NCBI GenBank assembly: GCA_020343655.1
Contig: CP070805.1
Coordinates: 2,086,676-2,150,675 of the forward strand
From: Promethearchaeota archaeon
Lineage (GTDB): Archaea; Asgardarchaeota; Lokiarchaeia; Sigyniarchaeales; SOKP01
Direction of reading: 5' to 3'
Length of the DNA stretch: 64,000 nucleotides
Below, in pieces: positions 21,053-31,728 of the stretch. Positions within the stretch are counted from its first letter, which is position 1. Each line of letters starts with the position of its first letter. The notes under the pieces were generated by a model that saw only the letters and a program-made list of their open reading frames with translations, had not been told where the DNA came from and did not search any database. The translations under genes and the position numbers were made by a program.

Positions 21053-22207
21053 TTACTTTTGTTTAGAGAGATATCTTATTTTCACTAATAAATCCCGTAA
21101 TTCCATTTTATCGTTATCAGGAGTGATATACTTCTTTTTAACTCCTTCAGAAAGAGGGACTGTTTCAATTTTATTCCCTTGGAGTGATACCATATTTCCA
21201 AATTTACTTTGTAAAATAAGTTTCATAGCGGCTAAACCAAAACGTAATCCTAGAATTCTATCAAATGAATTAGGTGTCCCCGCGCGCATAGTATGACCAA
21301 GTACAACACTTCGACATTCAAATTCTACTCCATTTTTCTGAAAATCTTGTTTTAAATCATCTCTTAAGTTTAATTCATCAACAATTATTTGAGACATTTT
21401 CAATTTTACTAATAATGGATTACCAAAAGTATCTTTAGGTAGTTTATCTATTGTTTCTTTTGATATTGTCTTAAAATCCCTTTCTAATGATTCTAAATTT
21501 GGGTAAGCACCTTCTGACATTGCAATTATATGATATTTATAACCCGCATTAACTCTATTTTTTAGAACATCAATTACATCCTTCTCTAAATCAAATGGAG
21601 TTTCTGGAATTAAGATTATATCCGCTCCAGCAGAAATTCCACTGTACATAGTCAAAAAACCAGCATCTCTTCCCATTATTTCAACTACAAATACTCTCTG
21701 ATGTGAACGGGCAGTAGTAGTAAGATTATCCATTGCGTTAGAGGCTAATTGAGTGGCACTCCAGAAACCAAATGTATAATGGGTTCCCGCGAGGTCATTA
21801 TCTATCGTCTTTGGGCAACCAACTACTTTTGCATTACCGAATTTATACATAGTATCAGCTACACCTAATGTATCATCTCCCCCTATAGCAATTAACGCAT
21901 CAATTCCTAATTCATCAAATTTTTCAGTTAATTCTTTTGCTCTTTTTTCTTTTGAATCTACACCTTTAAATGGATTAGTTCTGCTTGTATATAGTATGGT
22001 TCCACCAACGGTATGTAAGTCATCATGTTCTGCAATATCAAGGGGGATTGTTTGATTTTCTACAAACCCTTTCCACCCTTTTAAAATTCCAATACATTCT
22101 ACACCTGCATCATAAGCCTTGAGCATGATTCCATAGAGGACAGAGTTTAAACCAGGACAATCTCCTCCTCCGGTTAAAATACCTATTTTTTTTATTTGAT
22201 TTCCCAT
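21053..22207 (-). CDS. pfp: 6-phosphofructokinase, probably PPi-dependent type
   Basis: Contains GILTGGGDCPGLN, AIGGDDT, PKTIDND and MGR motifs. The Asp in GGDD and the Lys in PKTIDND are the residues associated with PPi rather than ATP use. Confidence 0.8.
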   Translation of the reverse strand: MGNQIKKIGILTGGGDCPGLNSVLYGIMLKAYDAGVECIGILKGWKGFVENQTIPLDIAEHDDLHTVGGTILYTSRTNPFKGVDSKEKRAKELTEKFDELGIDALIAIGGDDTLGVADTMYKFGNAKVVGCPKTIDNDLAGTHYTFGFWSATQLASNAMDNLTTTARSHQRVFVVEIMGRDAGFLTMYSGISAGADIILIPETPFDLEKDVIDVLKNRVNAGYKYHIIAMSEGAYPNLESLERDFKTISKETIDKLPKDTFGNPLLVKLKMSQIIVDELNLRDDLKQDFQKNGVEFECRSVVLGHTMRAGTPNSFDRILGLRFGLAAMKLILQSKFGNMVSLQGNKIETVPLSEGVKKKYITPDNDKMELRDLLVKIRYLSKQK

Positions 22208-22287
22208 AAAATTTCACACAATTGATTTATTGAGGTTTTAAAAAAATAATTTATAATAAAGAATTATGATTATTTCATATTTTATAT

Positions 22288-22857
22288 TTATTCTAATTTG
22301 TTCTCCTCAATTTTTCTGAAATTATATTTTGAATTATCTTGAGGAATAATATAACTCCCTCCTTGAGGATCTGTTATTTTTAAAGTGAATTTAAAGCTAC
22401 CTTCCATTGCTTTTTTTAAGTTTTCTAAAAGTTCTTCTATTTCAGTTATTTCTGGATCATTTTTTTCAAGATTTTTTTTATAAATTAAGACTGCACCTTC
22501 AAATCTAAATAATATACCTTCTACATTTGTGTAATAGAAATCTGCTCTTGGGCCGGGTTCTACAATTAAATCCAATTCAGGTATTGCTAATTTGCCAGTA
22601 GGAGCCCGATAGATTTTAGATTTGAGATCCTTTTCGTTTGTTACTTGCAATGTCATCGTTCCTGGTTCCATGTTTGTAGTTAAAGGAATTATGTCATTTT
22701 TATGAAAATTACATATATTGCATTCAAATTTTAATATAAGCATTTTATCTCCGTCTGGCAGGTCATAAATGTTTTTAATGATATCAATTGTTCCTTTTTG
22801 ACATGAAGGACACTTAAAGGAATAAACTACATCGTCGTTTTTCTTCTCATTAAGCAT
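22288..22857 (-). CDS. ZPR1-type zinc finger protein
   Basis: Has CPSC...CNIC zinc ribbon knuckles followed by a ZPR1-like beta-rich domain. The size is typical of archaeal ZPR1 homologs. Confidence 0.65.
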   Translation of the reverse strand: MLNEKKNDDVVYSFKCPSCQKGTIDIIKNIYDLPDGDKMLILKFECNICNFHKNDIIPLTTNMEPGTMTLQVTNEKDLKSKIYRAPTGKLAIPELDLIVEPGPRADFYYTNVEGILFRFEGAVLIYKKNLEKNDPEITEIEELLENLKKAMEGSFKFTLKITDPQGGSYIIPQDNSKYNFRKIEENKLE

Positions 22858-23042
22858 AAGTTTATTTCCTACTTTAAAATATATTAATTTTGGGTGAAAA
22901 AATTTTAAAGTTACTGAAAATCAATTTAAGATTGTATTTTTCTGAAAAGGAATTAATTATTATAACAATTATTATTATAAATTCTATATTATTGTTTCAT
23001 ATTGTAGCTATATAAGTAAAATCAATAGAACTTTTATTCATT

Positions 23043-23678
23043 GTGCCTTTATTGGACATATTGCATTCAATTGAAATTAATAAAAGTAAGTTGAATAAAT
23101 TGTCAGACAATGAAAAAATTGTAGAAATATCAATGCATTGTAGAGGTGGTCAAACATGTATCACTGCAAGCCAATTACTGGCAGAAATGGCATATGAGGA
23201 AGATTTTAGGGACACAATTGCAATTCCAATAATAGGAGCAGAGCGAAGGGGTGCTCCAGTACAGGCATTTACAAAGATTTCTAAGAGTAAGGCAATTAAA
23301 ACTTATGATAGTGTAATAAATCCAGATTATATGCTTATGTTTGATACCTCATTATTAGATATACCTACAATAAAAGCTACTATAAAGGAAGGTGTAAATC
23401 TAATAATAAATAGCCCAAATCCTATAGATATAAGTAGCCTCCCTAATAATATAAAGATCTTTATCGTAGATGCTACAGGTATTTGTATTAAACATAATTT
23501 CATGCATGCAAGTGGACCAATTCTGAATATTCCTATGTTAGGGGCTTTTGGAAAGATTTCAGGGTATTTTAATCTTGAAACAATGGAAAAAGTGATTAAA
23601 AAGGAATTTGGAGAAAGTAGACTAGAAAAAAATATGAGCGTTGCAAAAGACGCTTATGAATCAGTAAGAGAGATATAA
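23043..23678 (+). CDS. porG: 2-oxoacid (pyruvate):ferredoxin oxidoreductase gamma subunit
   Basis: The [19 protein letters not shown] motif fits GRGGQG..taa.lLa. It starts at GTG with an N-terminal extension of about 25 aa, so the start is uncertain. Confidence 0.8.
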   Translation: MPLLDILHSIEINKSKLNKLSDNEKIVEISMHCRGGQTCITASQLLAEMAYEEDFRDTIAIPIIGAERRGAPVQAFTKISKSKAIKTYDSVINPDYMLMFDTSLLDIPTIKATIKEGVNLIINSPNPIDISSLPNNIKIFIVDATGICIKHNFMHASGPILNIPMLGAFGKISGYFNLETMEKVIKKEFGESRLEKNMSVAKDAYESVREI

Positions 23679-23680
23679 TT

Positions 23681-24028
23681 ATGTCAGAATCTAAAAAATG
23701 GAAGAAAATTAATAAATCAGTAAAAGAACGTCCCAAAGTTCAAGAATATAAAAATTGGAAAGAATTATCACCAATTCCAATTTCATTACCAATTGATGGA
23801 AATATAGGTACAACTGGTGATTGGAGGACTTTTAGACCCATCATTAAAGAGGGATGTAATAAATGTGGAATATGCTGGATGTATTGTCCAGAAGGCGTAA
23901 TCAAAAGGAAAGAAGACGGTACATTTGAGATAGATTTGAGGTATTGCAAAGGTTGTGGCATATGTGCTAAAGAATGTCCCACAAATAATATAGAAATGGT
24001 AAGAGAGAGTGATATAAAAGATGGTTGA
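23681..24028 (+). CDS. porD: 2-oxoacid:ferredoxin oxidoreductase delta subunit (2x[4Fe-4S])
   Basis: Contains two cluster motifs, [12 protein letters not shown] and [12 protein letters not shown]. Confidence 0.9.
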   Translation: MSESKKWKKINKSVKERPKVQEYKNWKELSPIPISLPIDGNIGTTGDWRTFRPIIKEGCNKCGICWMYCPEGVIKRKEDGTFEIDLRYCKGCGICAKECPTNNIEMVRESDIKDG

Positions 24029-25277
24029 AGCTCAAGAAGATTTTGTGCAAAAAAGAGAAACTATAATAATTAAAGGAAATGAAGCAGCTGCGTATGCTGC
24101 TAAATCAGCACGAGTTCAAGTAATAAGTGCATACCCAATAACACCTCAAACAACAGTTGTTGAAAAGTTATCCGAGTTTGTAGATAATGGAGAGATGCCA
24201 GGTACTCAATACATAAAAGTAGAATCAGAACACAGTGTTTTTGCATCTGTAATAGGGGCTAGTAAAGCAGGAACTCGAACTTTTACTGCTACATCTGGCC
24301 AAGGAATATTTTATGCACATGAAATGATTCATTGGGCCGCAGGAGCTAGACTTCCTATTGTTGTTGCTATTGCCTCACGAGGACCGGCACCACCATGGAA
24401 TATTTGGGCAGATTTTACAGATGTGTTAAGTCAGCGGGATACAGGATGGATGAGTGCCTTTTGTGCGACACATCAAGAAATATATGATGAAATACTAATG
24501 TCATATAAAGTTTGTGAAGATCATGATATTCTCTTACCTAAGTTTGTAGCTTATGGGGGTTTCATTCTTTCACATACCTCAAAACCTGTCATAATTGAGG
24601 ATCAAGATCTTGTAGATAGTTTTTTGCCTTCATTACCAAGTGAAGAAGGTTGGCCTCACATTTGGATGGATCCAAAGAGACCAATGATGTTTGGAAATCT
24701 TATCATGCCTTCTAGCTTTTATTTAGAATTTAGATTAAAAATTCAAAATGCTTTTATTAGAGTTAAAGAAAAAATTAAAAAAGTCACTAAAGAATTTGAG
24801 AAAATTTTTGGTAGAAATTATGGTAATGGTTTAGTTCAGGAATATAAAATGAATAATGTTGATGTAGGTGTGATTATTTATGGTGATTTAGCTTTACAAA
24901 TGGAACAAGCTGTTGACGAATTGAGAGATCAAGGATATAAAGTTGGTATGGTAAAATTAAGACATTTTAGACCATTTCCAACAGAAGATATAATTGAAGT
25001 TGCTAAAAAGGTGAAATTACTTGGAGTTATAGATAGAGCTACTGCTTTTGGTTCTCAAACTGGAGGTCCTGTAAGCTGTGAAGTAAAAACTGCTCTACAC
25101 GAAACTCAAGAAACAGCTAAAGTATTACCAATAATTAATGGATTAGGGGGTAGAGAGGTTACTCTTGAGCAACAAAAAAATCAATTAAAAGCATTAATTA
25201 AATTTAATGAAACGGGAGAAATTCCAAAAGATACAATTCATGGAACTCTTTGGGATGGATTACTGGAGGTTGAATAA
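24021..25277 (+). CDS. porA: 2-oxoacid:ferredoxin oxidoreductase alpha subunit
   Basis: Has the GNEAAAYAA...[11 protein letters not shown]-terminus. Its start overlaps the porD stop by 8 nt. Confidence 0.9.
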   Translation: MVEAQEDFVQKRETIIIKGNEAAAYAAKSARVQVISAYPITPQTTVVEKLSEFVDNGEMPGTQYIKVESEHSVFASVIGASKAGTRTFTATSGQGIFYAHEMIHWAAGARLPIVVAIASRGPAPPWNIWADFTDVLSQRDTGWMSAFCATHQEIYDEILMSYKVCEDHDILLPKFVAYGGFILSHTSKPVIIEDQDLVDSFLPSLPSEEGWPHIWMDPKRPMMFGNLIMPSSFYLEFRLKIQNAFIRVKEKIKKVTKEFEKIFGRNYGNGLVQEYKMNNVDVGVIIYGDLALQMEQAVDELRDQGYKVGMVKLRHFRPFPTEDIIEVAKKVKLLGVIDRATAFGSQTGGPVSCEVKTALHETQETAKVLPIINGLGGREVTLEQQKNQLKALIKFNETGEIPKDTIHGTLWDGLLEVE

Positions 25278-25281
25278 GAGA

Positions 25282-26223
25282 ATGGTTAAATTGAAAGAAG
25301 CATTAGAATCTTGTCAGGAAGAATATTTCCTTCCAGGAAATTCGTGCTGTGCAGGATGTGGTTTGGAGTTAGCTCTTAGATGGGCAATAAAAGCTTTAGG
25401 CCCTAACACAGCTCTTGTAACTCCTGCATCCTGTCTTAATGTAGTTGTAGGTTTATGGCCTAAAACAGCACCGAATTTTCCTTTTACAAATATGGCTTTT
25501 GCTGCGGGAGCTGCTGCCGCAACAGGTATGTCTGCAGCTTTTAAAGCTAAAGCATATAGATTCCCGGGGAAAGGATGGGATGAGATTACAGCAATTACTT
25601 TTGCTGGTGATGGGGGCACAGCAGACATAGGAATTCAAGGTTTGAGTGGAGCAGCAGAAAGGAATTCTGATCAAATTTATGTCTGTTATGATAATGAAGC
25701 ATATATGAACACAGGAATTCAGAGATCTTCAAGTACACCGCATGGTGCCTGGACAAGCACAACTACAAAGGGGAAAGACCGTTTCAAGAAGAATCTTCCT
25801 GCAATTATGACTGCCCATGATATACCTTATGTTGCGACTTGTTCTATCAGTGAACCACTTGATTTATATAATAAATTCAAGAAGGCAAAGTCTATTAATG
25901 GTTGTAAATATATTCATATTCTTGCCCCATGCCCACCTGGTTGGGGTCTTGAGAGTTCGGAATCAATAGAAATTGCGAGATTAGCTGTAAAAACAGGTTC
26001 GTGGATTCTATATGAAGTAGAAAATGGTATTATGAATTTATCAAAAGCAAGTAGGTCATTGTTAGATACTTCAAAGAGGGCTCCACTAATAGATTATCTT
26101 TCTAGGCAAAAAAGATTTGCTAATATTTCAGAAAAGGATTTAATTGAACTCCAAGAATACTTAGATCATACTTGGAAACGTTTAGAAGCTGATTTACTTT
26201 GTCAAGATCAATATCCAAAATAA
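25282..26223 (+). CDS. porB: 2-oxoacid:ferredoxin oxidoreductase beta subunit (TPP-binding)
   Basis: Contains CAGCG and GDGGTADIG motifs. I use the ATG at 25282, just after the porA stop, instead of the upstream in-frame ATG at 25207. Confidence 0.9.
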   Translation: MVKLKEALESCQEEYFLPGNSCCAGCGLELALRWAIKALGPNTALVTPASCLNVVVGLWPKTAPNFPFTNMAFAAGAAAATGMSAAFKAKAYRFPGKGWDEITAITFAGDGGTADIGIQGLSGAAERNSDQIYVCYDNEAYMNTGIQRSSSTPHGAWTSTTTKGKDRFKKNLPAIMTAHDIPYVATCSISEPLDLYNKFKKAKSINGCKYIHILAPCPPGWGLESSESIEIARLAVKTGSWILYEVENGIMNLSKASRSLLDTSKRAPLIDYLSRQKRFANISEKDLIELQEYLDHTWKRLEADLLCQDQYPK

Positions 26224-26283
26224 TGTATATTTTTTTATTTATTCAATTTTTTATTATTAGTCTTAAATTATTAACGAACTCAA

Positions 26284-26943
26284 ATGGGATTTTTAATAAA
26301 ACTGGCTGGGAAAGAATTAAAAGAGATTGAATTTTATCTAAAAATTGCAGTTGAAAATATAATTGAAGGGAAAGTTATTGCCTTTCCTACTGATTCTGTT
26401 TACGGAATTGGTGGTGATCCTCAAAATTTAGATGTAATTAATAGAATTTATGAAATTAAATTTCGAGATAGATCAAAAGGTTTATTATTATTAATTTCAG
26501 ATTATGATGAAGCTACTATGATTGCTGAATTCAATGATACCGCAAGAAAATTGGCAAATCGATATTGGCCTGGTCAATTAACGCTTATATTGAAAAGAAA
26601 AGATCCATGTATAATCCCACCTGAAGTCTCGGCTTTTCAAAATACAATAGGCTTACGAGTTCCTGAAAATGAAATAATATTAAAGATTTTGAATCTTTTA
26701 AAATCAGAAGGACATTTTGGTGGAATTATTGGTACTTCGGCTAATTATACAGGAGAGCCCCCCTCTATAAGTGGAGAAGAAGTAACAAAAAAAATATTAA
26801 GTCCTATAGATTTAATTCTTGATAGTGGTAAATCAAAATCAAAACTTCCAACCACAATTGTTGATTGTTCCTCTCAAAAGATAGAGTTTTTAAGAATTGG
26901 GAAGATTTCTGAGGAAGAAATTTTAGAGTTTTTATCAAAATGA
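26284..26943 (+). CDS. tsaC: L-threonylcarbamoyladenylate synthase (Sua5/YrdC/TsaC family, YrdC domain only)
   Basis: Contains the AFPTDSVYGIGGDP motif. At 219 aa it has no Sua5 C-terminal domain. Confidence 0.85.
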   Translation: MGFLIKLAGKELKEIEFYLKIAVENIIEGKVIAFPTDSVYGIGGDPQNLDVINRIYEIKFRDRSKGLLLLISDYDEATMIAEFNDTARKLANRYWPGQLTLILKRKDPCIIPPEVSAFQNTIGLRVPENEIILKILNLLKSEGHFGGIIGTSANYTGEPPSISGEEVTKKILSPIDLILDSGKSKSKLPTTIVDCSSQKIEFLRIGKISEEEILEFLSK

Positions 26944-27038
26944 AAAGAGTGATATAAACGAAGAATTTTAATCTTTTAGTTTCAACATCTCGGTATAACG
27001 AATCTAATGCAAAAGCAGAATTATGGTTTATTTTATTA

Positions 27039-27473
27039 ATGTGCGGTGATACTTACCCAATTATTTCACAAATTCAGTTTCCGGGATTAATTACTGCTTT
27101 AACTAATTTAAATCCAAAAGAAGTAGTTTTTAAGATTAAAGAAATTCTGGAGACTGATCCTCACTTCCTCCAATTTATTTTAAAAATTGTTCCTATTAAT
27201 TTTATCTGTGAAACTAATACTAAAACGATAAGCAAAATTGTACAAGATAATTATAAAAAATTCATTAATGAAGAGGATACCTTTAAAATATCTTTAAAAC
27301 GTCGACATCATGAAAAAATAGAAAGAACTAATTTTATTGAAGAAACTGCTAAGAATATTGATAATAAAGTTAATCTTGAAAATCCAGATAAAGTTATTCG
27401 TATTGAAATCTTAGGAAATATTAGTGGAGTGTCGATTTTAGAAAAAAATGAAATTATAAAATTGAAAAGATAA
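27039..27473 (+). CDS. Small THUMP-domain protein (coordinates from first canonical start; conserved N-terminus lies upstream, see findings)
   Basis: The frame is open from 26958 and encodes NFNLLVSTSRYNESNAKAELWFILL before the first ATG. The overall size and pattern fit small archaeal THUMP proteins. Confidence 0.55.
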   Translation: MCGDTYPIISQIQFPGLITALTNLNPKEVVFKIKEILETDPHFLQFILKIVPINFICETNTKTISKIVQDNYKKFINEEDTFKISLKRRHHEKIERTNFIEETAKNIDNKVNLENPDKVIRIEILGNISGVSILEKNEIIKLKR

Positions 27474-27489
27474 GTTTCATATTTTCATT

Positions 27490-28179
27490 TTATTTATTTT
27501 TTTCTAGGCTTAAGAGAGCCATTTTCTCACAAATTAGATCGTATAATGCTAAAAACATAAAATTTAGGCTTAATTCTGATCTTTTTGTATTAATATTATA
27601 TGATCTTAAGATAGGGAGGAGCTGATTCTCAGATATTTCAAAAAATTCTTTAATTGAATTAAACTTAGCATGAGATTGATTATTTATTTTTAATTCTATA
27701 TCTTCTGCATCTAATATCCTTAGTAGCTCATTATTAATATTATTTAAATTGTTTATTGGAGAAATTATACAAAGTGTTAAGCATTTCTTATTTAAATCAG
27801 GATAATCAATTCCAAACGCTTCAATACTCTTACTAATTTGCCGATTAGTAGCCAAATACAATAGTAATTCAATATTTTTCTTGTTTGAAATGTTGGATTT
27901 TTGTTGAAAGGCTTTCTGTAGATAATAACATGCAGTAAATATGTGATCTTGGTTAAGTATATACTTATCTTTAATAAATTGTATCACTGAATTTTCATTT
28001 TTATTTTGGAGTTCTTCAATAATTTTAAAAAATTGATCTAAAATATTTTCTTTTTTATCTTTTCCGTAGAAATCTAAAAATCTATTTGAAGTCATTTTAA
28101 TTTGATTTATCCCTACGAAATATGTCAAATTTAATTCATCTATGTTGAATTCTTTTACAATCAAACAGGTAAACTCCAC
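27490..28179 (-). CDS. cgi121: KEOPS complex subunit Cgi121
   Basis: NIELLLYLATNRQISKSIEAFGI matches the E.L...sg.RQI..AI...G block. The C-terminal DLICEKMALLSLEK matches the EKIALIELKK block I recall from M. jannaschii Cgi121. Confidence 0.7.
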   Translation of the reverse strand: MEFTCLIVKEFNIDELNLTYFVGINQIKMTSNRFLDFYGKDKKENILDQFFKIIEELQNKNENSVIQFIKDKYILNQDHIFTACYYLQKAFQQKSNISNKKNIELLLYLATNRQISKSIEAFGIDYPDLNKKCLTLCIISPINNLNNINNELLRILDAEDIELKINNQSHAKFNSIKEFFEISENQLLPILRSYNINTKRSELSLNFMFLALYDLICEKMALLSLEKNK

Positions 28180-28934
28180 ATTAAAAATTCTGGCATTGAA
28201 TTGAATTGAATTCTAAGAAAAATTGAAAACGCTAAGAATAACAATAAATAAATCGTAAAACCCCAATCTTTTAGTGAATATTTAATACTATAATAATAGG
28301 TACGCTCTTTTCTACTACCAAATGCTCTTGATTCAAGAGCTTCAGCAACATTAAAAGCTCTTTTAATAGAACAAATAATCAAAGGAATTAATAGTGGAAA
28401 AAGATTTTTAATCTGGTTAATGAGCCCTTTTTTTTGCATTTCATAACCTCTACTTTGTTGGGCATCTAAGATATTTTGGGCTTCAAATGCAATAGTGGGG
28501 ACAAACCTAAATGCCAATGAAAAAGAAAATGCAAACTCATATGGAAATTTCATGGAAATCAGAGAAAGCGCTAAATCATTTGGATCAACAGTTAAGAAGA
28601 AGATTGAAAATGCAGATACCATTATATAAATTCTTAAGATCATAGCGATAGCAAATGATAAGGATATAAATAATGTATTTAAAATAACTATAAAAAGGAT
28701 TAAAAAAGATAAACCCCGTATGCTCTTAATCCATTGTTTAAATAATTTACCAATTAGAACCAATGGAATTAAAGTTAAAAATATAAAAAACAAAGGGATA
28801 ATTTCGGTAAATAATAGGGCACTAATAGTATATATAATTGCAAATACTAATTTTGCTCGTGGATCTAAATTATGTAAAAAAGATTTCTTTTTCATGAATT
28901 TAAAAGCATTTAAAAATTCTAAAGACATATACAC
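28161..28934 (-). CDS. ecfT: ECF transporter transmembrane (T) component
   Basis: Multi-TM protein with a QQSRGYE (ARG-type) coupling motif, located downstream of two EcfA ATPase genes. Confidence 0.85.
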   Translation of the reverse strand: MYMSLEFLNAFKFMKKKSFLHNLDPRAKLVFAIIYTISALLFTEIIPLFFIFLTLIPLVLIGKLFKQWIKSIRGLSFLILFIVILNTLFISLSFAIAMILRIYIMVSAFSIFFLTVDPNDLALSLISMKFPYEFAFSFSLAFRFVPTIAFEAQNILDAQQSRGYEMQKKGLINQIKNLFPLLIPLIICSIKRAFNVAEALESRAFGSRKERTYYYSIKYSLKDWGFTIYLLLFLAFSIFLRIQFNSMPEFLMWSLPV

Positions 28935-28949
28935 GCATTCCTCCTAAAT

Positions 28950-29798
28950 TTATGAAGATGTATTTTTTATTATTTTCTTTAAATAATTCACCATATCATT
29001 TTTGGACATTATGGCATCTACTTCTTGAAAACCTCTTTCTTGTAATGCTAAATAAAATTGACGAATTTGAGGCAAAATTAATGATGTCTGTCTTATTAAA
29101 AACTCATTTTTCAATACTTCTTTTGTAGGCCCATCAGAGATTATTTGCCCATCTGCCATTAATATCGTCCGAGATAAGTATTCATAGGCAAATTCAATAT
29201 TGTGAGTAATAATAATTATTGTTTTACCATTTTCTCTTTCATTTTTAATTAAGTTAATAAAAAATTCAATTTCTTTTGCATCTTGACCTAGAGTAGGTTC
29301 ATCGAAAACCAAAATTTCAGGATCCCTGCAAATAATTGATGCGACAGCAAGCTTTTTTGATTCTCCACCAGATAAATTTAGTGGAGATCGTTTCTTGTAT
29401 TTCTCAAGATCAAATTTATGTAATATCTGATCTGTTCTTAACTGAATTTCTTCTTTAGATAGATTAAAACTTTTTAATGAAAATTTAATTTCTTCCTCTA
29501 CTGAATTAGCAAATAATTGGTGGAATGGATTTTGAAAAATTATTCCCACCTTTTTGGATAAAGTTGCGATACTTTTAGAACTAATGTTTTCATTATCAAT
29601 ATAGACATTACCTTGTGTTGGTCTAATCAATCCGTTTAAAGTTCGAATAAGGCTGGTTTTACCTGCTCCATTTTTCCCCATTATTCCAACTAATTCCCCT
29701 TTAAAAATATTCAAATTTATTTTTTTTAAAGCCTCTGTTCCATTTGGATATATATATCCGAGTTCTCTAATCATAACGATTGGTATTTCTTCAAACAT
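28950..29798 (-). CDS. ecfA: ECF transporter ATPase component
   Basis: Has Walker A GKNGAGKTS, signature LSGGESKK and Walker B ILVFDEPT. Confidence 0.9.
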   Translation of the reverse strand: MFEEIPIVMIRELGYIYPNGTEALKKINLNIFKGELVGIMGKNGAGKTSLIRTLNGLIRPTQGNVYIDNENISSKSIATLSKKVGIIFQNPFHQLFANSVEEEIKFSLKSFNLSKEEIQLRTDQILHKFDLEKYKKRSPLNLSGGESKKLAVASIICRDPEILVFDEPTLGQDAKEIEFFINLIKNERENGKTIIIITHNIEFAYEYLSRTILMADGQIISDGPTKEVLKNEFLIRQTSLILPQIRQFYLALQERGFQEVDAIMSKNDMVNYLKKIIKNTSS

Positions 29799-29821
29799 TT
29801 ATGTCTCCAATAAATTTTTTA

Positions 29822-30655
29822 TTACAATTTTAAAGATTTTATTGCTTCTGGGATGGAACTAGGAATATTTTTTCTATATAAGTTTTCTTTTTTAAGTTTA
29901 TTAAAGATGGAGTAAATAACAGGTATATTTAATCTTAAATTTTGAAAATTGTCGCCATTAATGACTCTTTCACGAGATCCATGCTCAATTATACTACCCC
30001 GCTTTATTAAAATTAATTGTTCTGTAAATGGTAGAATTAAATCAAGTCGATGTTCACTAATCAAAATTGTAATTTTTTTTTCAATTCTTATCTCTTGTAG
30101 TAAATTAATTATTTTTTTTGCCATATAAGGATCCAATAGAGCAGTAGGTTCATCCAGTATCAAGATTTTTGGTTCTAAAACTAAAATGGATGCAATAGCA
30201 ACTCGTTGTTGTTCTCCACCACTCAGTTCAAATGGGGCTTTATCTAATATATGTTCAATTTCAGTTAATGATGCACTCTCCTTTATTCTTTTTGAAATCT
30301 CTTTTGAAGGAACACCTAAGTTCTCTAATCCAAAGGCGATTTCATGCTCGACATTCATTGCTATTAATTGATTTTCTGGATTCTGAAATACGATTCCTAC
30401 TTCTGTAGATAAATTCGCTATTGGTGCTTCAGTTGTGTTTTTTCCACAAACCTCTACTTTACCTTTATAAAAACCAGAATAAAATTGTGGAATTAAACCA
30501 TTCATACATCTAATTAAAGATGTTTTTCCGCTTCCAGTTTCACCACATAATAATATAAATTTATTATCTTCAATCTTTAAATTGATATTTTTTAGCGCAT
30601 ATTCTTCGTTTCCTTTATACCGGTAATAAAAGCTTTCAAATTTTACTAAATCCAT
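29822..30655 (-). CDS. ecfA: ECF transporter ATPase component (second copy)
   Basis: Has Walker A GETGSGKTS, signature LSGGEQQR and Walker B ILILDEPT. Confidence 0.9.
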   Translation of the reverse strand: MDLVKFESFYYRYKGNEEYALKNINLKIEDNKFILLCGETGSGKTSLIRCMNGLIPQFYSGFYKGKVEVCGKNTTEAPIANLSTEVGIVFQNPENQLIAMNVEHEIAFGLENLGVPSKEISKRIKESASLTEIEHILDKAPFELSGGEQQRVAIASILVLEPKILILDEPTALLDPYMAKKIINLLQEIRIEKKITILISEHRLDLILPFTEQLILIKRGSIIEHGSRERVINGDNFQNLRLNIPVIYSIFNKLKKENLYRKNIPSSIPEAIKSLKL

Positions 30656-30712
30656 GCTAAGATTTAAACTCTTAAAAATCTTGTTCTTTAATATTTTTTG
30701 ATAAAACTTAGA

Positions 30713-31720
30713 TTATAAACATTTTTTAATTTTTTCAATAATTTTAGTGATAATAAAATCAGTTTCTTTATTTGTAATTAAGGATGCTGCTCCATCATGT
30801 CCACCACCACTTCCTTCGTATTGTTCGGAGATTTCTTCTAAAATTTTCCCAAGATGCAATCCTCTTTTTAAACAAACTACTTTTTTGGCACGAGTATTAA
30901 TTCGATATTGATTTAATTCTTTTGAGAGAACAATGGCGATGTCAAATCCCAACTTTATTAACATTGTGGCAACGCTGGCCCCGAAACTACTCGTATTTGT
31001 AATTCCAATCAAAATTTCTCCTTCCCGAATCAGCTCAACTCTCTGTATTCCTTTTATTTTAGCAATTTTTTCTGAAATTTCTATATCCCTTTTAAGAAGA
31101 AAAAGTATATCTTGTATGTTTATGTGCTCACCCAATAATTTACTTACATTTTGAATAGTTTTATTATTGCCATGTTTAAAGAAGCCTGAATCAGTTATTA
31201 TACCAGCTAAAATAAGAATTTTTATAGGAACCGTTAATGCTACGTTATAGATTTCAAATAAATCTAAAATAATTTCTACTGTAGAAGAATAGTTTTCAAA
31301 TGTTAAAGATGATTTTTTAATTTCATTAATTCCTGATTTTTCTCCTATATAATGATGATCTATGAAGGTATAGGGAATTCCTAAATGTAAGATATCCAAA
31401 TTATCATCGATTTTAATTTGGTTTAAATTATTAGTATCTACTATTAAGAATAGATCAGTTTTAGAAAGGTTTATATTTTTATTGTAGGAAAAGTTAAATT
31501 CAGGAAATTTCTTAGAAAAATTTCTTATGAAATTTTTTGCTAATTTACTAAGTTCTGAAAAAAAAATTGAGATCTCTTGATTTTTAAAGTATTGATTTAA
31601 GAAATATTTTAAAGTAAAACAAGAGGCTAAACCATCAATATCTACTAAATCATGAGTTAGTATTGTAATACTTTTATTTTCTAATAAAGTCAAAAAATAT
31701 TTAAATTTAGATTTCAACAT
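30713..31720 (-). CDS. DHH/DHHA1 family phosphoesterase (NrnA/RecJ-like)
   Basis: Contains THDLVDIDGLAS, FIDHH and C-terminal GGGHDGAAS motifs. Confidence 0.8.
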   Translation of the reverse strand: MLKSKFKYFLTLLENKSITILTHDLVDIDGLASCFTLKYFLNQYFKNQEISIFFSELSKLAKNFIRNFSKKFPEFNFSYNKNINLSKTDLFLIVDTNNLNQIKIDDNLDILHLGIPYTFIDHHYIGEKSGINEIKKSSLTFENYSSTVEIILDLFEIYNVALTVPIKILILAGIITDSGFFKHGNNKTIQNVSKLLGEHINIQDILFLLKRDIEISEKIAKIKGIQRVELIREGEILIGITNTSSFGASVATMLIKLGFDIAIVLSKELNQYRINTRAKKVVCLKRGLHLGKILEEISEQYEGSGGGHDGAASLITNKETDFIITKIIEKIKKCL

Positions 31721-31728
31721 AAAAATTT

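Noticed and set aside
25207-25281. Upstream extension of porB overlapping porA by 71 nt
   Set aside because: The ATG at 25282 immediately follows the porA stop and gives a normal beta-subunit N-terminus. The extension would be translated from within porA in another frame.
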